The notes: generated by a model not told the origin, from the letters alone. 62,892 bases of DNA from Guillardia theta CCMP2712 (GCF_000315625.1 NW_005434633.1:392310-455201); one strand, 5' to 3'; positions 41,211 through 55,654 are shown, counted from the stretch's first letter. Numbers and translations are program-made.

Positions 41211-42825
41211 AGTATAAGTAAATGTTGTGATGCGACAGGTCACGAATGCAACGAGTTTAAGGTTTTGTGTGCAAGCAGAGCTTCCTTCAATGCAGACTGG
41301 ATGGAGCGTTTTTGGGTCAAAGCTACTAGTCGTAGGAGGGTAGTTGTAGCCGAAGCAAGAGTATGGACGAGATAGGGGTGCTGCAGCTTCTCATACGGCA
41401 AAGCCACAACAGTGATGGTTGCGTATTGCCTGTTGTCGAGTGCTGCCGATACAGTCATAAGAGCTTGGATGTCTCCATCTTTTGCGACTGAAACAGCGTT
41501 CTGCATGAGTAATGGAAGAAGGCAAAGACGGAAAGAGGACGAGGAGAAGCTTGAAGATTGCTTCAGACACAGACTTGCACGAGGCTATGAACTCAGATGA
41601 TCTGCATAATCTGTAGAGCGGCACGACAGTGAGGCCAGACATCAATGGATGCATGACACTGACCCGCCGCCATCAGACCTTGAGGCCCGCATGCTGCGCC
41701 TCAGAGTCCAGCAACGTATAGGAGAACAGGTGGAGGAGCTGCTTCTCGCCCATATACACGCAGCACTCACTCGCTGCAGGCAAGCTGCCTCCATCCGCTC
41801 TCCGAGCTGGCTATGTCGTCTCATTTCCCGCTGCCCTTTCTCGCACCCGCAGAGCACTCCGCTTGATGCCCATCAGGGTTCGGGTAAGCTCCATGTCAAT
41901 AAAACCACACAGCCTTCTTGCCCTTGGCCTGTCGAGCTGATTTGAAGTTGTTCTGAATGCGGATTCTGCCCATGTTCATTCGTTGAATGTTTCTTGTGTC
42001 TTGGATATCAAGACTGACAGGTGTCAAGACTGCCAGGTGTCAAGACTGACAAGTTGCACTCATGGAAACGACTGGGAATTCTACCTCTTGTTTTCGGTTG
42101 TGTTCTTTGCTTCTCAGGTTGGAAGATCAGGACAATGTATTCGAAATAACAAGTGAAGCTAGTTTTGGTTTAATGAGCAACGAAGCACAGTGGTGATCCA
42201 CGCATGCCGGAACTCCGTGATGCGAGCAGCTGTCCGAGGATGGCATGATGCGTGCAGCTGTCTTGTGTGACGTGTTGCGGCAGCGTGGCGGATGTTGCTT
42301 GGGCGAGTGTGAGGGGCCGAGCTTGTCTTCTTTCTAGGGCCTAACAAGGTTTCATCGCAGCTTCGTGGTCTGCACCCGTTCTTTTATCGCTGACCGGGGC
42401 TCTACGGTACGGGTGGGTGGTGCATGTCCGCCAACTGAGTTCCGATGAAGCACTAGTCTCTTACTTGGGGTAGAAATCATAGAGGCTCAAATAGAGTCTC
42501 AGAGCCCTATAGTCGAGGCGTGTGAGGGAACCGCTGAGCCTACCAGGCTGGTTCAACCACGAGTTGGCTGCTTCTGCGTGCAGCGGCGGCGCCAGAGGAG
42601 ATGCAGGGGCAGGGGAAGAAGAGCTCGCTCGGTCAGCACATGCGATGCCGGCAGCATCTGACGGATCCTGATGGCTCCATGGGCCGACACTTGGATCAGA
42701 GCATCAGCATTAGCCGCTAGTCGGCGGGCCCTGAGAGGGGGGGAAGAGAGGTAGAGCGGAACAGCGTCAGAAGGGTATCGAGAGACGAATAGTAGTGGTG
42801 GTGGTGGTGGTGGTGATGCTGTTGA

Positions 42826-42935
<110 letters not shown>

Positions 42936-43020
42936 CTGACACTGATATCCTGTAGCAAATCTGAGCCATGGAAGAACGTTTTACCAGAAGTGAGTCGCTG
43001 TGTGCCATCTCCGTTAGCTC

Positions 43021-45033
43021 TTGATTACTTCCTTGCTAGCTCTGGCCAAAACCGCAAGAGACATCAACCTGGATGATGTATTGAAGTCCTTGAAGCAATG
43101 CCTTGATCGCCGTCTTGACAATGAATGGGACTCGACGTCGTCACGGGTGCAACCGAGCAAGCAACTGAGTGCTATGAATCCAATCGATCAAAGGATAAAG
43201 AAATCACATTACCATGACTCTGATTACTTGAGCCTGATTGCAGCTTGTGCTGGGAGCGGGAAGTCGCTTTGTGCTGCTGATTACTTTGTTCGGAATGCAA
43301 ACCACAGCATGTACTTCCGCTTTTCTCCTGTGTACGAGCATTCTGCGCACGACATTTACTTTCACCTATTACCGGTCACGAGACTTCTGAACAAGGCCTT
43401 GGACTGCGATCTTTGCAGGGTGATTTCGCTTGCTGCTAAATGAGATGAGGCACGTCGATTGGGAGTTTGGGATGTCAATATCGATGGACAGGAAGGTTGG
43501 TATGTGCTCGGGGCCCTCAAATTCCTGTGGAACAAGACGACTTCCGTTGCTCCAGTCACTGTGGATGAAGCTAGGACTTGGGGAAGGCAGTGGGTACTGT
43601 TGGATGATGTGTTTCCTCCTGAGCAAGACAACACCTACCTCATCTCACCCATGGCAAAGCTGGTTTTCTTGATTAGGATACTGAGGAATGCGAACATACA
43701 ATGCATCATGCTGGGGACAAACACCGCGATCTTGAATCTCGTACAACCTCCACCACAGCCCTTTGTACACAGTCGGCAAATGGGGTATGAGTTGCTTTGC
43801 TGCTCACATCGCTGTCTTCCTGGATACATCCTGCCGTCAGACGATGCCGAAGAAGCCCTGAAAAGGGTATTCGGCGAGGCGCAGGTACCCAAGCTGCTGG
43901 ACCATGTCCATCCGTGGCTGTGCTCGCATTTCTTGGACTGTTTGAGGGCTTCAAAGGAAGTCGAGCCTGCCAAGCTGATTCGAAGCATCTCGGAGCATAT
44001 ACAATCAGATTTCAATAGAATAATGCTGAGGTTGACCAACGAGTCTATCTACTGCATGTTTCAGCCGACTGTCAACGAAGCTTTCCCTCAATCTATGATC
44101 TCCAAGGGGCTTGCCCTGTTGGATATCAATCGTTCAGCAGAAATGCCACCCCGAGGCATTTACGAGACATCCGTTGAAGTCTCAAACGGAATAGGTGACA
44201 AAGATCTTGCTGAGCTGACCTCGAGCTTTGCCTCTGCTCTGCTGGACCCCATCTCGTATGCTGCTTGTGCGGGAGGGGGACGGCCTTTCTCAGGAAGAAA
44301 ATCGGAATCAGCACTTGAGGTCTTGAAGCAGATCCACAGCAAGACGAAGATGGGGGATAATCCTCTGAGCGTGGATGCGTGGAAGCGAGCTGGGAGCATG
44401 CTGGAGTCGTTCGGTTCAGTGGTCTTGATGATCAGCAGCTGGTCTCCTTCTCAGAAGCTTCTGACAAATCTCGCTCACCACTGCGGCATGACAGACTCAA
44501 GGAGCGCGGATCAGATCCTTGCTTCTGTTGCCAACAAAGAAAGCTTCGTGGAGATGCTCGCCTCGTGCATGTGCAACCTGGTCCCTGTCAAAGAGAGCGA
44601 GCAAGAGCACGCCCTTGCCACGGCCCTGGGCTTCTACGCTCCCGCCAAGGATACGCAAGGTAGAGACTATACTTTCGGGGGGCCAGCTTCTTCAAGCAAG
44701 ACAGGATGGAAAGGAGGAGCGAAGTTCAAGAGCTCGTTGTCTCCTCTGACCTCGAAGCAGATGTCAGAGGTGGTCTCGGAGCTGCTGGAACAAGATCTGG
44801 ATGTCAATGTGTGCATGGTGCACTCGATATCAACATACAACCCCAAAGCCTGCATCAGAGAGAGGAATCATGACACAGAGTGGCTGGTGTTGCAACTGAT
44901 ATGGGGTCGATGGGAGGCTTCAACAGAAGCCCCACGAGTGAGTAAGCAGAAACGGGAGGCAGGCAGCAGAGGAGAGGCTGAGACGGTCAAGCCTAGGAAA
45001 ATTCTGATGATCATGGAGATTGGAAGGTTCTAA
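43021..45033 (+). pseudogene. Second Crinkler-type NTPase copy with an in-frame TGA
   Basis: TCA in the left copy is TGA at 43441-43443; reading frame otherwise conserved. Confidence 0.8.
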
Positions 45034-45408
45034 TGGCCATGCTACATGGTTGTATAAGCGACAGCTGTCAAGGCGGATCTTTAATGACGTCAATACATCA
45101 ATACATGTATGAGAAATTCAAGGAACAAGAATGAAGTTCTACTGCCATAACAAGATGCAGACCGGGCATTCGTAGATTAGTCAGAGGCCAGCGGTAGCGG
45201 CCAAAGGTCCAACAAGGAATGCAGCACCGTGACGAGGAGAGTAACTCTTGTTGGGAAGGAAACCAGATTACATGTCTAACTACCGAGTAAGATGCGCAGG
45301 CCTATCCGGCCCAGATAGAGGTAGCAGCATTGGATGGCCAGAACAGCACCAACTTGTCCGGATCTGATATGATACAATCTGTGTGATATCAGATCTGATA
45401 TCAGAGAA

Positions 45409-45457
<49 letters not shown>

Positions 45458-45999
45458 GAGGAGAGAGTGAGAGTGAGAGAGAGTGAAAGAGAGTGAGAAA
45501 GAGAGACAGAAGAGAGAGAGTGGGTGAGAGAGCGGGAGAGAAGAGAAGAGAGAAGGAGGAAGACAGGAGGGAGGAGGGGGAGGGAGCAAAGGAATGAATG
45601 AGAAGTTAGGGGCTAGAGGGAGGCGCGAAGTGCAAGAAGCAGGAAGGAGATGATGGAGAAAAATGTGAATACGAAGAAGATGAAGAATGAAAGGTCTCAA
45701 GCGCAAGCGCAAGGCAATGAGTGGAGAGATAGGCACAGACAGGTTGCCGAGATCAGAATGAGGTGGAGGTTGAGATGGTGGAAATATTTTGACTTGAATG
45801 GTCTAGAGTAGAGAGGAGATCAGAAAAATCACAAATCAAAGATAACATGTGAGGCGAAACAAGAGGAGAGGAGAGCGAGAAGGAGTAGGCAAGAAGAGGA
45901 GGGGAGAGACTTGTATGGTTTGACAAGAGGTCACGAAGTTGCAGGAGGGAACCCGGCAGAGGACGGAAGGTCTCAAGATGACTCGCGCTCATGCAGAGC

Positions 46000-46380
46000 G
46001 AGCGCAGCCCTTATCGACGCTTGGGTGAGGGCTGGAGGCGTCTGACTTGCTGCTTGCCTTATGCTCCCTTCCTCCCGTCGACGCCTCCAGCTCGCATGGT
46101 GACGTGAAAGACGTGCTAGACGTGCTCTGGTGGGAGCAGCTGGCTGACATTGCTTCAGGTCTGCAGGAACATCTTCTTAGGAAGGAGAGAGGGCGGAGCT
46201 GCTGGAGGCGATCGAGAGAGGAGACGATGTAAAGAGAGTGTGGGACCTGGAGGAGATGAAGGAGAAGGCTTGTCTCGAGGGACATGGTCATACCGTCAAC
46301 AGCGTGGGGATTGGCGGGGGTGACGACGATACAGTGAGAGTGTGGGACCTGGAAAAGATGAAGGAGAAGGCTTGTTTCAC
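46000..46380 (+). pseudogene. Decayed WD40-repeat gene fragment
   Basis: RVWDLEEMKEKACLEGHGHTVNSVGI..DDTVRVWDLEKMKEKAC; same repeat family as 38040-38175. Confidence 0.7.
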
Positions 46381-46699
46381 ATGTCTTGGGCTCGATGTTG
46401 CACGTGGCGGCGTCGGGAGGCGTCTGGTCTGTCAGTCAAATGCTGCTGGAGGGGGAGCTGAGAGACTCGCTCGGACGGACAGCAGGGGAGGTGGTGTGAA
46501 AGAGGCTGTAGGCATCGGTGCAGCCCTGCCTGGATTCATATTTGCTGCTGGATTCATGCTTGCTCCCATGTTAGCAGTCGGCGCATGCCACGTCATCTGG
46601 TGACTATGCCCCTGGGTTGTTGGAACAGTTGGACTCCACGGGCATAGCTTGAGCTCACCCAGCACTCGATTTTCGTTTGCACTTGTGTTGCTCTGGCTG

Positions 46700-48436
46700 T
46701 CACCATTGCCGTTCGCGGGCCCTATGTTGCTCTTGCTTGTTTCTGTCATCAAGGTGAGTGGATAACACTCCTGCAAACTCCAATCTCAATGCTGTACACT
46801 GCATCGACAGCAGCTCCTTTACCTCAGCCTGGACGCTCTGCGCCATCCAGGAATCGCCGTGTGACACAGGAAGAGCCCATCGGAGATGCAAGGGACTTTG
46901 CGCTGCTGTTCCGATGTTACCTCTTCGCTCGTGAATTCCACTCTTAGTGGAGGGAGCGCAGAGCTGGGAACCATCGGTAATGGTCATTCACGATAAGCAA
47001 GTGTGCGTCTCGGGCATCAAACCTCAGCGAAGCTCCCAGACTTTTGCAGGATCTGCAATGCTCTGGCAAACTCCTCAAGAATATCTTGTACGGTGTAGTC
47101 GTTGACGTATCTCCCCAAGTCAAGGTTGATGTCGAAAGGATCCTCTATGCAAAGAATATGCCTGTGACCCGTGAGCAAGTTGAAACGTTTTGAATGAAGG
47201 GCTCTTACCTGTTTCTGAAGTCTTCCGGGGTATCCCATCCCTTCGCCCTCTTCCTGAGAAGCCTTCCGCTTCGTACACTCACAACTCCTTGATCAATCGA
47301 ACAGACTGAAAACATGCTTTAGTCGGCGTTGCTGCATCCATTCCGGTGTACCATTGGAGTAGAAGTGGAAGAACCCAACGAGAAGAAGCCCCAGCGATGA
47401 ACGCTTGTTCCTTTCACCGAAACCTGGAGAACGTTCATCGAAGAAGCGAGCCTTGCACTGTTACTCGCTAATGTCTCAACGTTTCTATAGAAGTAGCAGT
47501 CGTACAAATCTCCGTCACTGGAAACAGCAAACGATGGATCGTTGTTCAGCTTGGCCTGTACGCGCCGCAGACTTTGCAAGCACGGCAGCACTCGTTCATA
47601 CTGCAGGTATTGGATTACCATCAACGTATACGTGTAAGAACTCAGATAGCCTCTGAAGGTATTGTGAATTTGACGTTGCTTCACCCAGTGCTTGATGCAC
47701 ATGATCAGCGGCCTGACCCTCTTGTCCAGCATGGTGTATGTGAACAGCAAGTCGGTATTGATACAGGCAAGGACATTGTTGACACTCAGATCGCAGTCAA
47801 AGGCAAATCCCTTGAACTTGATGATAGGAAGTCGGGCATTGGGCCGAGCCTCAACATTCAACATTCCTTGCCTTTCCAGCAGCCTAGCAAGACCAATGAG
47901 AAAAGATGTAAATTTTTCTTTCTTTGAGTTTTCCGTCATCCTGCGACTGCTCCTTGATTCTTTTGAATCTCATCTTCAGGAATAACAAGACACATGTCTA
48001 CATCTGAGCCCTTGGAGCCAAGGTTGCTCCCAGATGAACCAAACATCTGTACTGTAGAATTTGGATAAGTGCTAGCAATGATCGTGTTCAATGCTGTGCA
48101 GGCGCTAATCTTGCGATCGATTTCTTCTCTAGGAGGACAGATCTCCGCCACAAAACTCATGCAATCATTAGAGAGGAGATCCATATGTTTGGCTTTCACC
48201 TTGGGCTTCACAATGCTCGTACACAAAGTTGGCGGATGTGTGTCGAGACTGGTCGTGAGGTGCTCATAACTGACCCCTGCAGCACCCCTGTAATAGGCTC
48301 CTTGCTCAATAATCGCGCTATCGGATTCATTAAGACGCCTGCCAGCACTTGGAGATGGAGGTGGAGATGGAGTTGGAGATGGAGAAGAGATTTCGTCGTC
48401 GAGTAAAGAAAATGGGTTGATAGGTTGCCTGCTCAT
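46700..48436 (-). CDS. Terminal uridylyltransferase / non-canonical poly(A) polymerase (Cid1/TUT family); 3' end uncertain
   Basis: MFGSSGSNLGSKGSDVDMC, ARLPIIKF, DCDLSVNN, GYLSSYTYTLMVIQYLQ, LCIEDPF. Confidence 0.9.
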
Positions 48437-50128
48437 TGCCGTTGGAAATCTCCTCCAAGACATTTTCAAGAAAAGAATGCAAACAACAGGGCAAGCTCAG
48501 CAAAAGATACCTCTTCCTAAAAAGACATGAATATGTTTCTTTTCCTCCTCAATCTCCTAGTACGCTAACTTCCATCTCTTGCACTATCCAGCTTAGATTT
48601 GTGGTCAAAGAAAAAGAAATCCTTCTTTTGGACTGAAAGCAACATGTAGAGGGGAAACGTTTCGATCAAAGAGCTGTCGACATATGCAGGGGGGGGGGGG
48701 GGGGGGTAGGTAGATTACGCGTCAAAACTGATCGTTGGAAATCAGATGGAAAGGAAGCCTAGGTTGTATGATAGCCTCTAAATACTGGGATACTTATTAT
48801 GAAATATCGACCCTTGACACGAGCTGTACATGATCATTTTAGCTTCGTATACATGTACCCACCCCTCTTGTGAAGTGACAAGTTAGCAGCGAGCTAGAAA
48901 CTGGGGAGAGGTCTTTGAAACTTGTTTATAAATTTGTACCACGAGAAGTCTTTACAAATTTGTTAGCAGACTACCCCACGATCTGACTGTAACTTCTGGG
49001 GTGTAGCCCTACTTCCCTATGTGTTCGTAATGCTGGGATCTGTTGACTGGTTGCGGGCGGAACTGAAGTCATTCTTAGAGGCTTTGGGTGAGCAGCACCA
49101 ATTAGCGTAGCATCGGAAGTTCATTGACTTTGTCCTCACATATGAAAGTCTCTGTCTCTGTCCCTTGGTATCGAGAAAGAATACTCAGTGCAGCATTGAT
49201 GTCACGAGACACAATGCGAGTTTTGAAAAATTTGGTGGACCCACACCATGCTCGAAGTGAAATTGAAATTGAGTCACATCAAACACGCGTTTGAAAGTTT
49301 TGTTCGATCCATTTAACGGTCCTAACGCCCTATTCATTCCTTCCACAGCACTGCAAGAGGCACTTCCATAGGCAATGATTGCCTCAGATAGACTCCTTTC
49401 TTTCTTCCCTTCATGGTTTGAAAGAAACGATCGGCAGCCTTCCTTTGGTGAATGTAGTTGTCCATTCTCATCATCCCGGGCCACATTTCCTTTTGCCGCT
49501 GTAATGGATGTGCACGACATCGAACAACCCAACACCGCAGTAAGTGACTGTTCAAACTGATGTTGCACCCGCATGACGTTACGTCAGTAACGGACATGGC
49601 AGCATCATGCGAGTAGTCGCAAGAGGCTACGTACGCTGGCGAGGTGTATAATGCTAGAATCGAAGATGTGTACTGGACGTAGACGTACGTACAACACATT
49701 GGTATGATGAAAGCATGAGGCTGGTATAAACCGATACACATGTTCACTCATTGCTGTATTACGGGTTAAAGCCTGACCTCGACATATAAGCAACCCATCT
49801 AGACGTTGGCCACGTCACCGGAATGGGATTGCACGAACATTGACGTGTGTTCTCTTACTGCTGTACATAAACAAATCTAGCTTCATTCCTCATCTGTTCT
49901 ACTCCTAAGTGCACTATCGCTCAGTTGCTGGACTATACCCGCATCACAAACAAGTCGATGAGACTTGTCTTGAAAGTGAATTCTTCCATTACAGTCCACA
50001 CAACTCCTGCGCACATGTTGGCCGGGGCCCCATAGGGCCGGGCCCGACTAAGACTGGGCTGGAAGTGGACTGCGGCCCGTACAGCATTCTCCGATCTTAT
50101 ACGTGCAACCACTAAACCAATCAGACAT

Positions 50129-51939
50129 ATGTGCATGCGAGTCCAGGATCTCAAAACCTGCAGGCCCGGGGCACCGAGTAGCATGCGCGTCAACAGCCAG
50201 CTCAGCACCGACGTGCAGCTTCCAAGTCGGCATCACTGTGAAAGTACTTCGATGTCTGGGTGGACGGCTCCTTTCAAAGCAGGCGCCTGCAGACGGGCGG
50301 GTCTGAAGGCCAGTATGACAGGTTCGAGCGGGTGCAGGTGCCTGCGACTGCGAGGAGCGTCGGGTCTGTCATGGCTGATAGCTTCGAGCGAGGTCAACTG
50401 CTGTGCCTACCAGGGCTACTACCTCTATGCTGTCATGGATGCCGAGCTCTGTCAAGCCTGCCCCATTGGATCGTACAAGAGCGCCCCCGGGTCTGCCAAC
50501 TGCTCTGCCTGCCCCCGCAACATGGACACGCCCGCGACAGGGTCGACCGACGCGTCAGCCTGTCCGTGTAGGGTAGGAACGTACAGGAACGGGTCGGGGG
50601 CGTGCGAGCTGTGTCCAGGAGGGTCGGGATCAGCGGCAGGCGCGTCGTCGCTGTACGAATGCTCTTCGGTTCATACTCCTGTTGTACAATCGTCTCTCCA
50701 CGCAAGCGTTGAAACGACGCCTTCAGTGGGTTTTCAAGGACAGTTAGCAATTTGTCTATCACGACCAAGACTCTCGAAGCAGTTGCAACGATCATCACTA
50801 CCTCCACCATCATTGCATCCTCAACTGTCATTACAAGTTCCGTCGTGACGATGGCTCTTCCTGCCCTTGCGTCGGTTAGTGGAACCACAGCTTCAGATTC
50901 TGTTTCGGCATCGGCCACGTCATCAGTCACGGCATCAGCATCAGCGTCGTCAGGTCGCGAATTACGGCGATGCCATGGCCTCGAACCAGGAGTTGCTGTC
51001 TACCTTGGTCTCATGCGTCGCCTCGCTGGCTGTCGCCTCGCTGGCTCGCGTTTCTCTCAGCAAGCTCTACATGATCGGGAAGCGTCGCGCGCCCTCCGAC
51101 TCCGACGTCCTCTTCCCTCCGTTCCTCGCCTGGGAGCTGCCGATAGCAGTCACTCAGGTACAAGGCTTGTCATTGGCGATCTTCCTCGCGATCAGAAGTG
51201 GGTGCGTGGTCTGTGTTGGGATGGGCTGCCTGCTGCTGCCGCTTGTGAAGGCCGAGCTCGATTTGTTTTGCTACTACGCCCACCGAGGGCACAGCACTTT
51301 GATCTCATGGAGAGCGTGGGAGGAGGCGAAGGGGATAGGAGACAAGATAGGAGCTGTAGGAGCTGTCTTTGCGCGAGGGGAGTGGGTCATCGACGACAAG
51401 AGCGACAAGTTCATGGCGTCCTGGCTGTATATGAAGCGTTTCAGAGTGCTGCTGGAGGAGGTTTGCGCGCACGCCTGGTGGTATGGGGTGTACTCGATCG
51501 TGATGCGGGCCTTGTACTCTTGACGGTCTCTATCCCCTTGTTCTCGGATGTCGTCAGGACCTCGATCATGTCAGCCTTTGTGTTGGTGGACCTCCTGCTC
51601 GTCATCGCCTTCACACCTCAGATCGACTGGCTCGCATGGCTATCGCACTTATTGGCAGCTCTGGGTAATCTGGGCATATGTCTGTCGTTGTTGACATCCG
51701 CGGTCTTTGCGCTGAGACCTGACTTGCTCAACATGACGTACCTGGTCTGTTTGCTCCTTGCCATGTTGCCCATGACATGTATCAGTACGTGTCGGGATGG
51801 GTACAAGGCGCTCAGTGCGTTGTCTTGTCTGTCGAGTCGAAGAAAGAAGCATGTTCAAGTAGCTGCCAGTGAGCACCTGCAACATGAAGCTTCGACCGCT
51901 GCCTCTCTCCAGGTCATCGTTAGTGATGAACAATCTTAA
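50129..51939 (+). pseudogene. Cys-rich (GCC2/GCC3, ephrin-receptor-like repeats) multi-pass membrane protein, apparently frameshifted
   Basis: CQACPIGSYKSAPGSANCSACP..CELCPGG; the TM region is split over several frames with no clear introns. Confidence 0.6.
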
Positions 51940-51988
51940 CACCTTACAACGTATGTACAACAAAAGCTATAGCCAATGGCACCAACTT

Positions 51989-52356
51989 CTCTACCCGCCT
52001 CCGTCTCTACATGCCTCCGTCACTACACGTCCTCGTCACCACATGCCTTCGTCTCTACACGCCTTCGTCTCTACACGCCTCCGTCTCTACACGTCCTCGT
52101 CACCACATGCATTCGTCTCTACACGTCCTCGTCACCACATGCCTTCGTCTCTACACGCCTTCGTCTCTACACGCCTCCGTCTCTACACGTCCTCGTCACC
52201 ACATGCATTCGTCTCTACACGCCTTCGTCTCTACACGCCTTCGTCTCTACACGCCTTCGTCTCTACACGCCTTCGTCTCTACTAGGCTACACGCCTTCGT
52301 CACCACACGCATTGACGTCTCTACACGTCCTGGTCTCTACACATCCTCGTCACCAC
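51989..52356 (+). repeat. 16-bp-unit minisatellite (CGTCTCTACACGCCTT variants)
   Basis: Seen directly. Confidence 0.95.
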
Positions 52357-52807
52357 AAGCTTCGTCAATTTACGTGTCAGTACACAATATCCTACACACC
52401 GACCTACTCAAGCTAACAAGACTTCTGCTTTACCTGATCGGATCACACCGTTCAACACCGGCCCTGGCCCGGGCTCAGTGTCACTTCACGGACAGCCTGC
52501 CGGGCTTCGCCCGGTGCCGGCCCGGCCCGGCCCGGCAATGTGACGGTCGGACTCACAGGGACTTGCTGGCTGGAGGCACGTGAAGATCTTGAGCGGGGCT
52601 CGCACCCGTACCTCAAGGCTTCAAAGTACCGGTGGTCGTGGAACTCTTTCCCCTCTCCAAAGTTCCATTGCTCCGCTTGCTGCTGTTCCTGCATAAACCA
52701 TTACCCTCCTACCCCTCCGCTTCTCTGCCCTCCTCCTGCTCCTCCTGCTCAGCAGCTCCCCTGTGCTGTCCTCCATCTATACCTCTTGCCATCCCCGAAG
52801 AGTCGCC

Positions 52808-54219
52808 ATGTCGGAGAGCACCAGCAAGGCCGAAGAAGCAGTCTTGATCCAGTCAGTGCCGATGCCTGCTGGCTCGGTGAAAGTGAGGGGATACGACTTC
52901 AACGAGGGTCTCGACTACGATCGTCTCCTTGGAAGCTTTCTGAGCAGTGGTTTCCAAGCGACCAACTTCGGGCTGGCGGTCGAGGAGGTCAATAAGATGC
53001 GCCAATGGCGCCTCAGGTGAAGTTGCGTAGTGACTGCTGTGTTTGCTGCTATCCCTCCTCCTCCTCCTCCTTTCCTGTTGAGATGGCGACCAGATCGATC
53101 GCTTGCTCACTCATAATCCGATTGATTGTTTCGCAGCGACGAGCCTGTTGCTGAGGACGAGGACGAGGAACTGAAGAGTATCGAGGCGAGAAGCAAGGTC
53201 AAGTCAACTATCTTCTTGGGGTACACGAGCAACATGGCGTCTTGCGGAGTGAGGGAGACGATCCGATATCTGTGCCAACACAAGATGGTCGACGTGGTGG
53301 TTGCCACTGCTGGAGGGGTAGAGGAGGATTTCATCAAATGCCTGGCCCCGACGTACATCGGAAGCAAGTATGGAGATGGAGGCTTGCGGTTGTTGTATGA
53401 TTCACGAATTATGATGATGTTGACAATGTCATTGTCTTGGTCCCTGCGCAAAGTTGACAACAGCAACAGGAACCCCCTCCACCCTGAAGTAGCCAGCGGG
53501 TTTGACCTCGACGGCAAGACCCTGAGGAAGCAAGGTCTGAACAGGATCGGCAACATGCTGGTACCCAACGAGAACTACTGTCGCTTCGAGGAATGGTTGA
53601 TGCCCATTCTCGACAAGATGCTCGATGAGCAGGTGAAGACAGTCTCCTTCCCTCTCAGCTGCTCCTCCTCCATTCTTTTCGTCTCCTTCGCACTTTCTGC
53701 AGCTTCCGCTCCCCTTCCACCCTCCGCTTGCAGTTTTTGTTCTCTTTACTTCTTCCACTCAGCTCGCAACCGGAGAGCCCTGGACTCCTTCCAAGTTCAT
53801 CAAGAGACTGGGACTGGAAATCAACAACCCTGAGAGCATCTACTACTGGTGACTCGACCCTCCTCCCGCCCTCCTCCCGTGTTCCCAGAAACCTCTTGTT
53901 CGCCTTGTTTCCTCCCTCCCTCCCTCCCTCCCTCCCCTCTCCCTCCCTCCCTGCTTCTGCCCGTCCCAAGACTTCTCCATAGCTCTGTTCTTCCCATCCT
54001 TTTCCTCTTCCTCTCGTCCCTCTCTTCTCCCTCCTTCTCAAGACGCTTTCTCCAGGTGCGCCAAGAACGATATCCCCGTGTTTAGTCCGGCTCTCACCGA
54101 CGGGTCCATTGGCGACATGCTCTTCTTCCATTCTTACAAGGTGAGCCAGTCGAACGACAGGGTAGTGCTGAGATACTGCTGGTGGTGGTGGTGTTGCTGC
54201 ACCTGCTGCACCTGCTGCA

Positions 54220-54255
<36 letters not shown>

Positions 54256-54609
54256 ATTGTTGTTGTTGTCATTGTAGATGATGATGTGCTGCTATTGTTG
54301 CTGGTGGTGGTGCTGCTGGAGTCATTGCGATGAGCATCATTGAAGGAAGTAGGGAGGACGCTGATGCTCTCCTGCAGCGAACTGGACTCGTGCTGGATCT
54401 AGTTGGCGACATCCGCGAGATCAACATGAAGGCGATGAAAGCAAGGCACACGGGTGCAATCATCATCGGTGGAGGTGAATTCTCGTGTGCATTTGGCAAG
54501 AGAGTAGATGGAGAAAATGGAGAGGAAATCGATGATGGCGATAATGATTACGATGAAATCGATGATGATGACGACGCCGACGATGACGACGATGACGACG
54601 TGTATGATG

Positions 54610-54681
<72 letters not shown>

Positions 54682-55498
54682 CGACGACGACGATGATGAC
54701 GATGATGATGATGATGATGACGATGATGATGATGAGGAGGAGGAGGAGGAGGAGGATGGTGGTGGTGGTGGTGGTGAGGACGATGATTGCGACGATAGTG
54801 ACGATAGTGACGATGGTGACTATGATAACGACGATGATGGATGTGGTCGATGATGGTGACAAGAATGCAGGCGTCGTAAAGCATCACATCATGAACGCAA
54901 ATTTAATGCGAAATGGATGCGACCATGCTGTCCTGATCAACACAGGTGATGCTGTGGAAATCGAGAACGTTGTTGAGGAGAAAGTGGTGGTGAAGAGGAG
55001 GAGGGTGAGGAGGAAGAGCAGGAGGAGGAGGAGAAGGAGGAGGGGGAGGAGGAGGAGGAGGAGGAGCAGGCGCAGGAGGAGGAGGGGTTGGTAGTGAAGA
55101 GGAGGAGGAGTGGGGTCAGAATGACGATGACGAGGAGAGGTGGTGATGAGGAAGAGGTGGAGAAGATATTCATACATTCCGTGACATGTGGAGCTTCAGG
55201 TCAGGAGTACGACGGCAGCGACAGCGGCGCAAAGCCGGACGAGGCGATTTCATGGGGAAAGATTAAGATGAACGTGACGCCTATCAAGGTAGAGGATCGG
55301 GACGACTATCCTCCTTCCTCCCCTGCGCTCTCCTACAGTCAGAATCTGTATCTCCCTCCCTTTGCATCCCTTCCTTCCCCCTGCTCTCCTCGTTGTCGTC
55401 TGACCATGATGCCGCAGATCTACGCAGAGGCCACCATCGTGTTCCCCCTGCTAGTGGCGCAGACGTTCGCGAAAGATGGCCCACGCGAGAAAGTTTGA
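52808..55498 (+). CDS. DHS: Deoxyhypusine synthase
   Basis: [73 protein letters not shown] (catalytic Lys present). Confidence 0.97.
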
Positions 55499-55654
55499 AG
55501 TATCGTTTCATACAGGAGTGTACCTCTCTTCTCTAGAAGGTTGAAAAAGCGAGGGAAGAACTACTAGACGAGGAAGTTGAGAATGAGGTGGAGACTAGGT
55601 CGACTCTGGTTGTCCCATCCCCAACTCACCTTCCCTCCTCCCTGCTTGCATCGT

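Noticed and set aside
49185-49793. Short minus-strand ORFs between the TUTase and the Cys-rich gene
   Set aside because: No recognisable motif or splice structure
51989-52356. ORFs or CRISPR in the 16-bp array
   Set aside because: ORFs are by-products of the repeat, and there are no spacers
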